Origin: Callorhinchus milii
Lineage: Eukaryota
Assembly (NCBI RefSeq): GCF_018977255.1
Contig: NW_024704742.1
Coordinates: 129,954,001 to 130,018,000 of the forward strand
DNA length: 64,000 bases
Direction: 5' to 3'
Position numbers and translations under genes: made by a program. The notes below the pieces were generated by a model. The model had not been told where the DNA came from and did no database searches. It was given only the letters and a program-made list of their open reading frames with translations. Below are positions 12,636 through 25,032 of the stretch, piece after piece; within the stretch, counting starts at the first letter, position 1, and the number at the start of each line of letters is the position of its first letter.

Positions 12636-14734
12636 GACTGATCAAAAAAATAGGGAGGAGCTGGCGAATCTGGCAAGGAGCTGGCGTCCTTGTGTCTGGA
12701 GGTGATGGCAACATGGATGAGGGTATCAGCAGCCACCAAGAATGGATCCTGGTATCACAAGGGTTAATCCCTGCAGCGTGTTCAAGGGGATTATTCCTCT
12801 CCATTGATTTACATGGGGGGGAGGGCTGGATTAGCTCTCCCCGCTCCAACAATCTTTGACCTTTTTATTTACTGAATCACTGTGAAAAAGTACCCTTGCC
12901 TTTTGAAGCTGTGGGGGAAGTGGAGTTCTGGAGCAATCGCCCCGTTTCTAGGAATTGTGCCCAGCCTGAGTAAACTGCAGCATGCTTTGCATACTTTTCC
13001 TTTTATGGTAAAATGATGTCAAGCAAGAAAGAGGAGTGCTCCACGGCTCAGCCCCTTTGCCCAGTGAATCACGGCTTTGCATCTGAAGCTGCACTGCCTC
13101 CAGGCATGTGTCTAACAGTGCTAAAAACATCAGTATGTAGTTAGTAAAAGCATTATTATCCAAGACACTTTTGTCGCGCATACTATACTCTCTGTGAATA
13201 TACTCTGTGTGTATATGTTCAAAATATGATGTTGTCTTTACTTTTACAGGGCCATAGGGAGGGGAGGGGTGGAGGGGAAAGCTGAGGTCTGTAAAGGTTC
13301 AGTTTGTGAAATTCTTTTGAAGTATTTTGACTGCAAAACGGGTCCAACGTAAGTGGTCACCACGGTAACCGAGAAGTACTCCCGGATCTGTTCCGACTGT
13401 TTGGGAACGTCAGTGGACAAGGCTGACAGAATTAGCAAAACCCAGAATCGGAGGAAAAACCGAAACGGCAAAACTACGCCTGCGAAAAGCACCTCAAAGA
13501 ATCATGGAATATTTGCAGCACAGAGACAGGAGAGAGAACAAGAGGGCACAGGTTTAGGGGTAATTAACAGTTGTATCAGGCTGCCAGGAGCCCTTCCTGG
13601 TAAGGTGCTTTTGTCATTTGGCCCAATTGTGTCTGTGCTTGTTCCCCTACTGGAGCCATCTACTCTAATCCCATTTTCTAGCTCCTTCACCATCACACTT
13701 TAATGTTATTCTCCTACATTCTTTTATTCAGTTCCTTTTGAATGTTGTTTTGGACTCTGTTTCAACTACCTTTATTACTATGTCAGTACAGTTTGAGACA
13801 CTCCATAGATGTAGATTCTAAATGGTTTTCAGACCAATAACACTGTCACGGTACATACAAATGGATGTTACTTTTCTTAATACAATAATAATAACCCTTG
13901 CATTTGATAAAGCGCCTTATCATGTCATTGAGACATCTTAAAGATCCTCACAGAATACACTGTAAATGACTGACAGTTTATTTTGTGGGCGAAACATATA
14001 TATGTGATATGTGTTTTATTTTTATTATTATTATGAAAAACAGGCAGACAAATAGAAGAAATATTATTATTAATAATCCATATTTTGCTAGTGCGGTTCA
14101 CAAGACTCCAGTGCCAAAGCTTTCAGTTCCAGGTAATGAATTGCAGTGCCACAGTTTGCAATTCCAGGTAATGGAATCCAATACTATGCTTTGCACTATT
14201 TTTATCTGCAGATAAAAAGAGAAAATCAGCACCTGCAAGAAGATAGGCTAGTACTTTGGGTGTGAACATTCTTCAGAATACAGACTCTGGTACTGGTGCT
14301 CAGTCCCTCATTGCAGATCTCCCCTGTGCAGGGCTGGATTAAGAATTAAAGTACGTGAGGATAAAAAAATGATAAAAATGCAATGACATAGAGGCAGTTG
14401 TCAGGTCAAAAGATTGTCAAGTGGTGCCAAAGGGCGAGGTAGACATGTAGACAAGATAATTTGCAAGTTAAACAGGAGTTAAAAACAAACCTGGAATACT
14501 GTTACAAATAAATGAGAGAAAGAATGAGAGGTAGAGGGAATAAACTGAGAATCAAGTAGGAAAATGAGAAGACAGCAATAAATTGGTACTGGCTGGAGAG
14601 TGGGAAAGAAAACACGACACTGAGATCCCTGTGCATCCATCATTTCAACTCCCTGCCACCCTCACTCTGACCTCCCTATCCTTGCTCTCCAGCACTACTC
14701 TAACCAGCCCAAGGTCGACCTTCAAAATCAGCTT

Positions 14735-15050
14735 CTTGACATCAGTCCAGCCTGATACGCCAGTGCAGTGCTGGGAGAGTGCTAAGTTGTCGGAGGTACC
14801 GTCCTTTGGATGAGATGTTAAGTGCCCGTCTGCCAGTTCAGGCGGTCGTTAAATATCCCATAACAGCACTCGATAAGAGAAGGGAATTTGACTCGGTGCC
14901 CTAGCCAACAATTATCGAAATAAAATCGGGCGTTCACTTCATGGCTGTTCGTGGGACATTGCTGAATGCAAATTGGCTGCTGTATTCACCTACAAAATAG
15001 TCACTAAACTTCACAGTATTTCCTGTGAAGCGCTATGAGATACTTTGATG
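14735..15050 (+). mobile_element. DeuSINE-like SINE, 5'-truncated
   Basis: Similarity to the body of 3439-3855. Confidence 0.65.
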
Positions 15051-15932
15051 ACTTGAAGAAAATGAAATGGATAAGGTACAATGACAAGGTCCTTTAGAGA
15101 GGATAGGGCTCATGTGGTAGTTGTTATCCAGGTCTGGAAAGTGTTTGCTCATTGAGATTGAGTGAGGACAGGATTGGGCTCAGCTCTAATACCCCGAATG
15201 CTATGGGTTACAATCACACCTAGGACATTAAGCTCACAGTTTAGCCTATCCTATCCCTCCAGTGTACCACTGGCGGAGTGTGCAGAGGGAATTAGGGATC
15301 AAGTTCTGTAGACTGGGAATATAGTGTTTAAAGGCTCTGCTACTAATGGTGGGGTGGAGAGAGGGGATGCAGGGAGGGTGATGGAGTAGGGTGGGGTGGT
15401 GGAGATAGTTATGCAGAAAGCCAGGGTTTGCAGACCAGAAGAAGTGAACAGGAGGGTGAGGCTAAAGAAAGTTGCTGAGGCAGGTAGAGCACCCTCCTTT
15501 TCAGCCAATATTCAAGGAATGCCAAACTATTTCACAAGAGACCTCGGTCTCATTGGGGTGGGATTAATTGGAAGGAGCCTCACACAGTATCCATACACAT
15601 GGTCCAGCCAACAAAAATCACTGGGCAATGATCAGGAAAGGGAACTCAGCTAATTTCCCCTCTCGAGGGACTGAAGGCAACTTGACTGCCCCAAATGCTG
15701 TCCAGGTTAAGATCAGTTCAGTCAACGGACACAAGGAATCAATGATGCCTTTATCCACTAGGCCACCGGGGGGAGCTATTAAAATTGCACAAAAGAAACA
15801 AGCATCTTCTGCAGAGAAAGGAGGCCATTCAGCCGACTGTGCTTCTGTTATTGTGTTCAATCTAGTTCCTACACTCTGAAACTAAGGTATTGAATAGAAC
15901 TAACCAGCCTGACAGTCAATGGAGATACTGTA

Positions 15933-16615
15933 ACATAATAATAATCCTTGCACTTGATATAATTCCTTATGTTGTTGAGACGTCTCAAAGCGCTTTCACA
16001 GAATATACTATAAAGTGAATTTTGGTGAACCTGGTGTATTTTTGTACGATTGGTGAAACATGGTTGCCAATCTCCCACAGCAGTGTCCCACAAACAGTCG
16101 TGGATTGAGTGACCAAATTATTATTATTATTTTTTTGAAGGGATTAATACCCCCGGAAAGCAATCCGCCAATCGACTAACAACCGGGTTCCTACTTTGGA
16201 GTCCTGTAGCTCAGTGGTTAGGGCACTCGCTTTGCAAGTGAGAGACCTGAGTTCAATTCCAGGCAGAGGGCCAAACCTTGGGCAAGTTTCCTTACTCCAC
16301 ACGCCTAATAATAATCCCTCCAAAACCCAAAACAATAATAAATTGGTCATTTTCAATCTGCGACTGTTTGTGGAACATTGCTGTGCGCAATTGGCTGCCG
16401 GGTTCGCCCCCAAATATACAGTCAATTCACTTTACAGTGTATTCTGTGAAGCGCTTTGGGACGTCCTCCCGACGTGAAAAGCGCTATATCAAATGCAAGG
16501 ATTATTTGCAAGGATTATTATTACTGCTAGGTAAACAGAAGCGTGCAGAGTAAGGAAACTTGCCTCAGGTTTTGTCCTACTTGGGAATCAAACACAGGTC
16601 GTCTCAATTGCGAGG
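15933..16615 (-). mobile_element. Older long-form tRNA-SINE, interrupted by a younger SINE
   Basis: Tail at 15933-16130, internal block ccccggaaagcaatccgccaatcgact (similar blocks at about 9245 and 25590), head remnant at 16540-16615. Confidence 0.7.
16198..16522 (+). mobile_element. Full-length young tRNA(Ala,TGC)-like SINE with L2-type 3' tail
   Basis: A box tagctcagtgg, anticodon loop ctttgcaag, B box gttcaattcc, tail gtgaaaagcgctatatcaaatgcaaggatt(att)n. Confidence 0.9.
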
Positions 16616-17689
16616 GAAGAAAAACATCTTTCAATAGAATGGCACAATTAGGATTTCCTCCCTTTCCATTATCAGTCGACATACGGGGATTGAAAAGAAG
16701 AGACATATACCTTCTGCTAAAAGCAAGTGCAGGGGAGGATAATTATCTTGGAATCTTCCCAGCTAGTGTACAGAACCTGTCCTCTCCAGGGAAATGGAGC
16801 ACAGATAAACATATTAATACTAAGAATCCTCGCATTTGACCCATTTGACCCTTGTTCTTGGAAAGAGTCAGTGGTTGATCCGAGAAAGAGCTTGAGTGGA
16901 TTTGACAGAAATAGCAGTGCAACATTTGATTTAGGATATGATACTAAAATGCAAGCTCCGTGCTCATTGTTCGCATGTCTCGGCTGACCGGGCGGTCAGC
17001 CTGTTCATTCTAAGGTCACAAGTGAGTGTGGAATGAGATACGGCCATTGGGTCCACCAAGCTCGCTGCTTCCATAGATAATAAGAAACCTACTCTGTCTC
17101 CACACACTCTTCAGAAGGAAAGTCCTGTGCTGTCACTGCCCCAAGGTAAACCAAGTCTTAGTGGCTCAGCCTCTACAGGAGCTGGCTTGACTACCGAGGT
17201 GAATAGAGATCGAGATGTGTGTGCCAGGTGAAATGGGGGGAATTTCTCCAAGGAGTGATTTTGAATGTGTTTCTAGGCCTTCTTTCATGTTCTTGTATGA
17301 AAATTTGTATTGTATTGTCTTAAAGTTAAGAAACTTCAGTGTGTGGGACGTCCTTACAATGCGGAAGGCAAATTATAAATGCAATTTGTTGTTGTTGTTT
17401 CCTAAAATCAGTTTTAATAATTGTTCCAAATTTTAAGGCAATATCTGAAGGCTGAGACTATGAGAGATTTTGAGCCTCTGATATTTATGTAATTCCAAAT
17501 ATTTACCTGGTTAATGTTCACAGCACCAGCTTTTTTTGTTAGCTGGCAATGTATCCCTGGGCCGTGGGAGAAAACATTCTTCTAATTGTGAAATTTTTCC
17601 TCCAGTGAAAACAGTGTGAGGCAGGTACACTGCTTAATGCTTACATGAAGACCATTCTCCTAATCTGGGCACGTTTAGGATTTGAAAAT

Positions 17690-17900
17690 ATAGAAACAGA
17701 GAACAGGAGAAGGCCATTCAGCCCCTTGAGCCTGTTCCGTCATTCTATAAGATCATGGCTGATCTGTACCTTAAGTCCAAATACCCACTCTTGCTTTATA
17801 TCCCTTAATACCCTGACCTAACAAATAGCTATCCACCTCAGTCTTGAAGATATGAATGGATCCAGCATCCACAGCCTTTGGGGGAAGAGAGTTCCAGATT
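17690..17900 (-). mobile_element. CR1-clade LINE 3' fragment
   Basis: aggccattcagccccttgagcctgttcc...gatcatggctgatctg, typical CR1 3' end; related copy at about 32150-32280. Confidence 0.65.
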
Positions 17901-20900
17901 TATGAAAATGAGACAGTGAATCTCTGTGAGATTTATGCTCAGACCTTTACAGTCAAACACATTTTACTTAAAGTTGAGTTAGAGATTCTCTTTTTAGTCT
18001 TCATCATGTCGGTAGTTTCAATGGATATCCTAGTAACACATTCAACAACAATAGCAACTCGCATTTATATGGATCCTTTCACACCTGATAGCATCCCTAA
18101 GCGCTGTACAGTTGGATGCGGAGTAAGGTAGAAGAGGAAAGGGAGGTCACTGTAGTCATTATCGAAGAAATAGGTCTCAAGGTGGGATTTAAGGTAAAGA
18201 GGAGGCCGAGTCAGAGGGATTGATGTAGGGAGTTTCAGGGCATATTGGCCGAAGGCATGGCCTCCATTGGGGAACCTGCAGCAGGCCTGTGTTAGCTGAG
18301 TGAGGGGAGTAGCCAGAAGAGTGGGATATGATTCTGAACGTGATCCTGTCCAACTCTATCCACCTATTACTGTAAATGGGGAATGTTAAAACTGACGTTG
18401 TTATAGATGTTTTTACAGCAGGTTCCCATGACCTGACTACTGCTCCAGCTGAGATCAACCTCCTCAGCACCATCTGAATCGTAGGCAGGTCACTGCATTG
18501 TCACTCACTCTGGGTATTGCAATTACTGTAGGCTACATAAATCAATCAGAGTTAGTTATTTATATGAACTACCCTAACAGCCTGCTTGTATATTAACCAG
18601 CATGTACACAACATGGTACTATCACTCTATTGGTTTCCTCTGTATTCAGCAGGCGCTGTCACTTGGTGACATGTGTACTAATGGTTGCTGAAGTGAGTTA
18701 TGAAGTGTTAATGATTCCCAGGGCAGTCTGACACAGCCTCATCATTCTCAGCTTTCACGGCTGTCAGCAGGATATCGTTTTCACCGCAAGGACCCATTTA
18801 GCTTGTGACTGAAATGTGCCAAACTCTAAGAGCGCACTGGGGAGCCAAGCTAATCAAGTGCCCGGTGCTTGGTTATTCATTCAGTGAACAAGGCCTTTCA
18901 CATCGAGCAACTCTGACCAGAAACTGCACCTCTGCCACTGAGACCTTTAATGGCTTTCCACTTTAACTGGCAGCTTATGGCCACTTGTCAGTGTTTTTTT
19001 TGTCAACCTAATAACAACGTTTTCTCTTTCTCCCCAGTCTTCAACTCCTGCAGTTCTGAAAGTGTGTGCACTCCACTCACTTCACCAAGTTTTTGCCTCT
19101 GAGGCCATTTGACTTGAAACTTGCGATGATACAGAATAATGAAATAATGAATCATTTGGAAGCCGATTCTTGTTTGAGACTTGCATTAAATCAATCTCCA
19201 GTTTTAAAACTGAATTAAAATAAAGTATTCCACAACATTGCATAATGTTAAATTTTAATAAAAAATATGCTACAACTAGATAAAAGTTTGGATCTCAAAT
19301 GTCTACAGATTATTTGGGAGCAGAGGGCATCAGGCAGCTGAATCTGAACCTGCCTCACCTAAAATACATGCATGTATTTTATACTTTTCATCAGGGTCAC
19401 TGAGAAACAGGTGATGTGTCTTGCAATGGAATATCGGAATTGAGACAATCCTCTGTGATGGTCTCAATAATCTGAGTCAGGGAGTTCCTCACTACTCCAA
19501 GATAGTAACAAAGCAGCCAGTTTGGTCATGGGCAGGGCTTGGAGGGACAGAGAGACCAGTCACTTCATACTCGGCTCCTGTTAACCCTGCAAATGTCTGA
19601 CATGCAGGGTGGTCCTCGCTGGATCAGCAATATGAAGCTTGCCCAACAGTATTTGCAATAGCAAGCCAAGTGGGTTTAGCTGGTTAAACTCCAGCAGGAC
19701 CAAAATGCACACACTAAGGTCCCCAAGTCTTGGCTGATGCCAACATGTGCAAAGTGTTTTGTTGGGACTAGTAAGCTGAGTGCAGACCCTCCAGAGAAAG
19801 TGTGTGCACTCCATTCCAGACAAATGGGAAATGACTGCTTATGTAGATCTCTCTATTTGGTCTGGACACTGTAAGCATGGCAGTGGGGTTCTACATGTGA
19901 CTGCACTGCCCCCCACCCCTGCACTCCCTGCACAAATAAAATGTGCTGCAATCAACCCTCAATGCACCTTCACTTACTTTTAACCAATTATTTGCCTGGA
20001 ACTCAATAAAATAATGTGCAATTCCTTCCCTCCTTCAATGTTTCCTTCCTCAGGCAATCTACAAGCATTTGAAGCTGAACCTCACATCTATTTCCGGTTT
20101 AGCTCACCCTCTCACCTCCTGTGTTCAGCCCTGCTGCTGCACTGTACTCTGCATCTTGACCCTTGCAGCTGGGACCTTAATTTAAAACTTGTTTGATGCT
20201 TCAAGCAGGAGGTTTTTTTGGTCAGCCAGGTGTCTGGCACATGCGGAAACCCTTCATCATGTTTAAGAGTATCCAAACCAACTGAGAATTCCATGCATCC
20301 ATCCCACCTACACATGGAAATTCCTGAGATAGATTCTTGTGCACTCTCTCTCTGGAGGGATGCATTCTGCTTACATAACTCCGAAAAGTATTAGGCGCAG
20401 GTTGGCAAGAACCAAGGCTTGAGGACCCCAAAATGTGCATTGGGGTACTGCATAGCTTGCCATTGAGGCAAGAGATGCATCTAAGACAGCTATAAGACTG
20501 AGAATGTCCCAGTTTTAACTTGGCTAGCGACATTCTCTAGTGACTGAAACTTAATGAAATATATCACTTTTTGGAGGTTCACATTGAATCATTAATCGTG
20601 AGGCTGAGAGGCAGGGATTTTACTGCTTCACAACAGTGGGTTGACCAGAAATGTCCAGAAATAATCTCTTATTCCTCCCTCTTTCTGTTACTAAGACATA
20701 CACACAATGAGGCGGGCCTACCCACCTTAACATTAGTAGATGATATAGTAAAGGGATTAACCTTAAGGCAGTACTAGGGCTAACATTTTACCCAAGTTTA
20801 AGTTCTCTATTACGGGAGCATTTCAAATTCTTACACCTAGGAAACCTCACATACGTCATATCGGTTGGGACCATACTTTTAATATGACTGATGCAAAGCA

Positions 20901-21181
20901 TGGATTATGTCAAACTTGCATAGAATCAAAACTCTTGAAAAGGATATGGGCAGATGTACGACTTAGCTGGTTATACGATTTTTACAGATCAGACTTATGC
21001 CAGTTTTACTGTAAGTCCTTTAACTTTGAACCCAGTTTTCTGTACGATTCCTTAAGAACTACAGAAAACTGACTTCAGAGTTAAAACTGAATGCAACAAT
21101 TTACCAAACTCTGAAATGCTACGTTAGAGTAAATCTAGACACGGGTGGAATTTCTACCCCTACATGCTCTGAGAGACTTAC

Positions 21182-21307
21182 GTCAGTTGCTTTCTTCTCT
21201 GCTTCTTCCAGCTTTTCCTGAGCCTCTTTTAGCGATTCTGAATAACCATCAACGTCGTCTTCAGTTCCTTTGACCTTTTTCGCCAAAGCCATGTGCTCTT
21301 CCTCCAC
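21182..21307 (-). CDS. TPM2: Tropomyosin beta exon 2b: [42 protein letters not shown]
   Basis: 126 nt, tttag| acceptor and |GTAAGT donor; closest to TPM2 2b ([42 protein letters not shown]). Confidence 0.95.
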
Positions 21308-21646
21308 CTAAATATCAAGGGAGAGCACATTAACACATGATAATTCAACAGGAAGCAATCCCACATAGAGACAACTGGTATTTTTCCATAGTTATTATTT
21401 GATTCAAAATTATTTTGCTACAATATGAAAGTGATATTAAGTAAATGCAACTGAGATCGAATAAGGCTAAGATTTTTACACTCTTTGCATTGTTCCCTTT
21501 GAAGATCTCACAGTAGATTGGTAGGTTTCTTGACTTGTTAAGAAAGTAACAATTTGGAGTAAGTAACCATGGGTAAAAGACAGTGCAACCAATTAGCCAG
21601 GGCTTCTCTCGATAGACCAGAAATGGCACCTAGTCTTAGTCCGTGA

Positions 21647-21809
21647 GACCATTTTGTCTTAAAATTTAAGGTTGCCCAAAATAGTGCAACATTCTTGTAG
21701 TCTGTCTTCGTTTGGAAACTGCCTTTTTGCAGTTGTTAGAAAGACTTTGCAATTAAGAATGAATTGCATTTTTTTCCCAAACCACCTTAAATTTTAAGAC
21801 AAAAAGGTC
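21647..21809. repeat. Inverted repeat, 26-bp arms with 1 mismatch (MITE-like/hairpin)
   Basis: gaccattttgtcttaaaatttaaggt (21647-21672) vs accttaaattttaagacaaaaaggtc (21784-21809). Confidence 0.85.
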
Positions 21810-22939
21810 GAGAAGTAGGTGGAATTTCAGGCGGCTGATCGCCATTTAGTGACCCTCTGGGTGTTGGACAAGGACAGAATTGGCTTGGCCACCCTTGTCC
21901 CCAAGGTTAAACATGCTGTCAATATTCACCTGTGAATAATGCCCACTTTAGCAAGAAGAGAGCAGAGGTTTCATGCACTCATGTAAAACCTGTCAATAAT
22001 CACCTTCAGGGGAGGAAATTGCTTGGAAGGGCAGGCATGCTAACTAACCAAAAGCCAGTGAATGTATTATACACCTGATATAAAGATAAGCTAGACAGAG
22101 GGTTGGGTGACAAGGGAGAAGCCGTGTACATTTTCACTGAAATATCACCAGTTGGGGATTGGCATTCCATGTGTTGTCTGCCACCCAATATTCAGGTTGT
22201 TCAGTGTGAAATAGGTTCACTTTTTATTTTGCTAATAAATCCTATGATACACATAGTATGTAATTCATCCCATCTACATTAACAGCTTCTGCAGGCAAGT
22301 CTTCTCAGGTAAAACTAAAGGATGGCAAATGAGCCAGAGAAAGTGCAAAAACTGCTTAATTATTTTTCTATTAACTTTCAGTGGGTTACGAATGGCAAAG
22401 CTGGGTTGGTTGAGGATTGGAAAATGTCTTTTATTCCACAATATTTCTAACTCCAAGCTTTAAAAATGTTAACCCAATGGCCTCTGGTTACAAGTAACAG
22501 GTTACCTCACTGTGGACAGAGACTCTTGCAGACAAACTGAATTTTTTAACATGGGTGGAGGGGTGGGGGGCGATGCAAAGTTTATAATAAAATTAAAACA
22601 AAACCATCAAAATAAAAATATAATTTAAATATCAAAATATAAAAAATAAACCACAAAATACAGAGTTAATTCACTTGCCAGTATATTCTGTGAAGCGCTT
22701 TGAAACGTCTCAATGACGTAATAAGGCGCTATAGTCAAATGCAAGGATTATTATTATCATTATTATTATTATTATTATCAAACCAACCAAGTTGCTAAGA
22801 GTTTCCAAGAGATGTAAAAAGTCTGTGCAAGTGCTGATGATGGTTTTGGAAGATTTAGGACAGAAATTGATGCCTAGGTTTCATTTTTTTTGCATACATT
22901 TCAGTTTTATCAAAACCTATAGTCAGAAATATTTCATAC

Positions 22940-23053
22940 CCCTCTCAGTTTGTCTTCAACCACTTTCCTGTCAGCTTCAGCTTGCTCAGCCCTGTCGATG
23001 GCATTTTCCTTGTCCAGTTTCAGCATTTGCATCTTCTTCTTGATAGCATCCAT
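22940..23053 (-). CDS. TPM2: Tropomyosin beta exon 1a: [38 protein letters not shown]
   Basis: Canonical tropomyosin N-terminus, gccATGG Kozak, 114 nt, donor |GTATGA; adjacency to TLN1 supports the TPM2 paralog. Confidence 0.95.
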
Positions 23054-23530
23054 GGCTGAGTTTGGGTTGGGTTTACCTTTTTAGATGAATATAAAACAAA
23101 ATGAAAGCAGAACAATTCTGAGCTTGGGGCTGAAGAGGTCTGATCTGTTGTGCAGGAGAAGTCTGACAATTGCTGAGCTCAACTGGGGGTGGGCTGAACA
23201 CTCAGTCCTGGGAGAGAGGGAGAGAGAGAGGGAGAGAGAGAGGAGGCTGGATTTAAGGAAAGAAATCAATTCCTTTTTTTAGGAAACAGCTGTATATGTG
23301 GAGTGGGAGAGGCGGATCCAGCCGGACCACTACCGTCTCATTACCGTCTTTGGGATCCGATGGAGATAAACTCGGCATCATAGAGAATGGAATGCCTCCC
23401 GTCCTAAAATACCCCTGGCTCCCAGCTCTCCTCGTCTACCACACACTCCTGCTCAGAGCACTGGCCCCTGGGCTGACAGGCTTCACCCCCACCCCCCCAC
23501 ACCTGCTGCTCACATCTATCTTCCACACAA
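23054..23530 (-). promoter_or_regulatory. TPM2 5'UTR and muscle-type promoter
   Basis: E-box CAGCTG 23287-23292, TATA-like CATATA 23293-23298 (minus), MCAT CATTCC 23389-23394, MEF2-like AT tract at about 23404, E-box CACCTG 23500-23505, C-rich boxes. Confidence 0.6.
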
Positions 23531-23687
23531 CAGCGGGCAGCAATAAATAATGTTCCCTCTCACCACCACCACCCTCCCTCCCTCCTTTGATCAAATTCCA
23601 CCCCTTGTTCATTTCCACAGTTTACATTCGACTTTACCCCTAACTCCTATTATCTTCCTCCCTCAATATCACCTCCTTAAGTCTTAA

Positions 23688-24013
23688 TGATAATAATAAT
23701 AATAATCCTGGCATTTGATGTAGCGCTGTTCACGTCTTCCAGACGTCTCAAAGTGCTTCACAGAATAGACTGTAAAGTGAATTGACTGTATATTTGTGGG
23801 CGAAACGCGGCAGTCAATTGCGCACAACAGTGTCCACAAACAATCGTGGATTGTAGTGACCAAATTATTATTGTTTTTTATCTTGAGGGATTATTATCAG
23901 GCGTGTGGAGTAAGGAAACTTGCCCAAGGTTTCGTCCTGCCGGGAATCAAACCCAGGTCTCTCGCTCTCACCCAGGTGAAGTGAGCGCTCTAACCACTGA
24001 GCTACAGGACGCC
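23688..24013 (-). mobile_element. Full-length tRNA-derived SINE
   Basis: Reverse complement of the 16198-16522 family. Confidence 0.9.
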
Positions 24014-24110
24014 ACAGAAAGTCTTTAATCTTTCAGGACTGAATTCTCCCCTTTGATTTCACGAATAACAAATACTTAACACGTTCACAACTACCCAAAT
24101 CAAATACTGT

Positions 24111-24207
24111 ACTTCAATTTGAAATCAATTTGTGTTGATTTCATAAAAAATACTGTATGTACATTTGGTATTTGTCAAATCAACACAAATTGATTTCAAA
24201 TTGAAGT
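24111..24207. repeat. Perfect 31-bp inverted repeat with 35-nt spacer
   Basis: acttcaatttgaaatcaatttgtgttgattt (24111-24141) is the exact reverse complement of 24177-24207. Confidence 0.95.
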
Positions 24208-24639
24208 TTGAAGTTGAGGGGCCAATCCAGGTTTATTACAAAAGTGAAATGTTAATAAAAAAAGTTGTTAAAAAAAATAAAACAGAAGCGAAATGTTAAA
24301 ATACTAACTGTATTTCAAATCTTAAAAACTTCAAAAAAGTGTATAACACAGACACGGATTTTGTTCACAACAGATTCACAATGAGGAGGAAAATAGCCTC
24401 CGTAGGGTGTTTCCACTAAAATTATCTGCAACAACAACAATTACATTTGTAAAGCGTCTTTCACATCGGGAGGACGTCCCAAGGTGCTGAACAGTCGGGA
24501 TCAGGACCAAGTGTGGGAGTGGGAGCAGGGAACGCAGAGTGGGCAGCTGAAGGCACGGTCAATCTACAACTTGGTCAAGACCTTTTCTCATACATATGTC
24601 ACACATATATAGATGAATTTCCCACTGTAATGATGTTGG

Positions 24640-25032
24640 TACAACAACAACTTTCACTTATATAGCGCCCTCCACGCAGGGTAGCATCTCAGAGCGCTTA
24701 ACAGTGGCGGAGCCTGACTCCAAGCCAGGGGGAGAGGTGTCCGTAAGCATGGTCAAAGCGGAAGGTTTTCAGGCGGAACTTGAAAAAGTGGAAAGAGGGG
24801 GCAAGGCAGAGGGATTGAGGGAGAGTGTTCCAGAGGTTTAGGGTGTATAGCTCAAAGCACGACTTTCAATGGTGCGTTGGAGGGTGCGAGGGACGAGCAG
24901 GAGGCCGGTGCCAGTCGAGCGGAGGTGCCAGTTGGTAGACTGGGGAGTGAGGAGATTGGAGAGGTAGGGAGGTGCCAGAGAGTGAATGGATTTGAACACA
25001 AGTGTGAGGATCTTGAAGTTGATCTTTGGTAC
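24640..25032 (-). mobile_element. L2 LINE 3' fragment
   Basis: INFKILTLVFKSIHSLAPPYLSNLL...LRS...RALSY. Confidence 0.85.

Noticed and set aside
16198..16270. tRNA-Ala(TGC)-like gene
   Set aside because: It is the head of a multi-copy SINE; the acceptor stem is not closed and it runs into SINE body and tail
21308..22939. Tropomyosin exon 2a
   Set aside because: No 126-nt coiled-coil exon detected, consistent with TPM2
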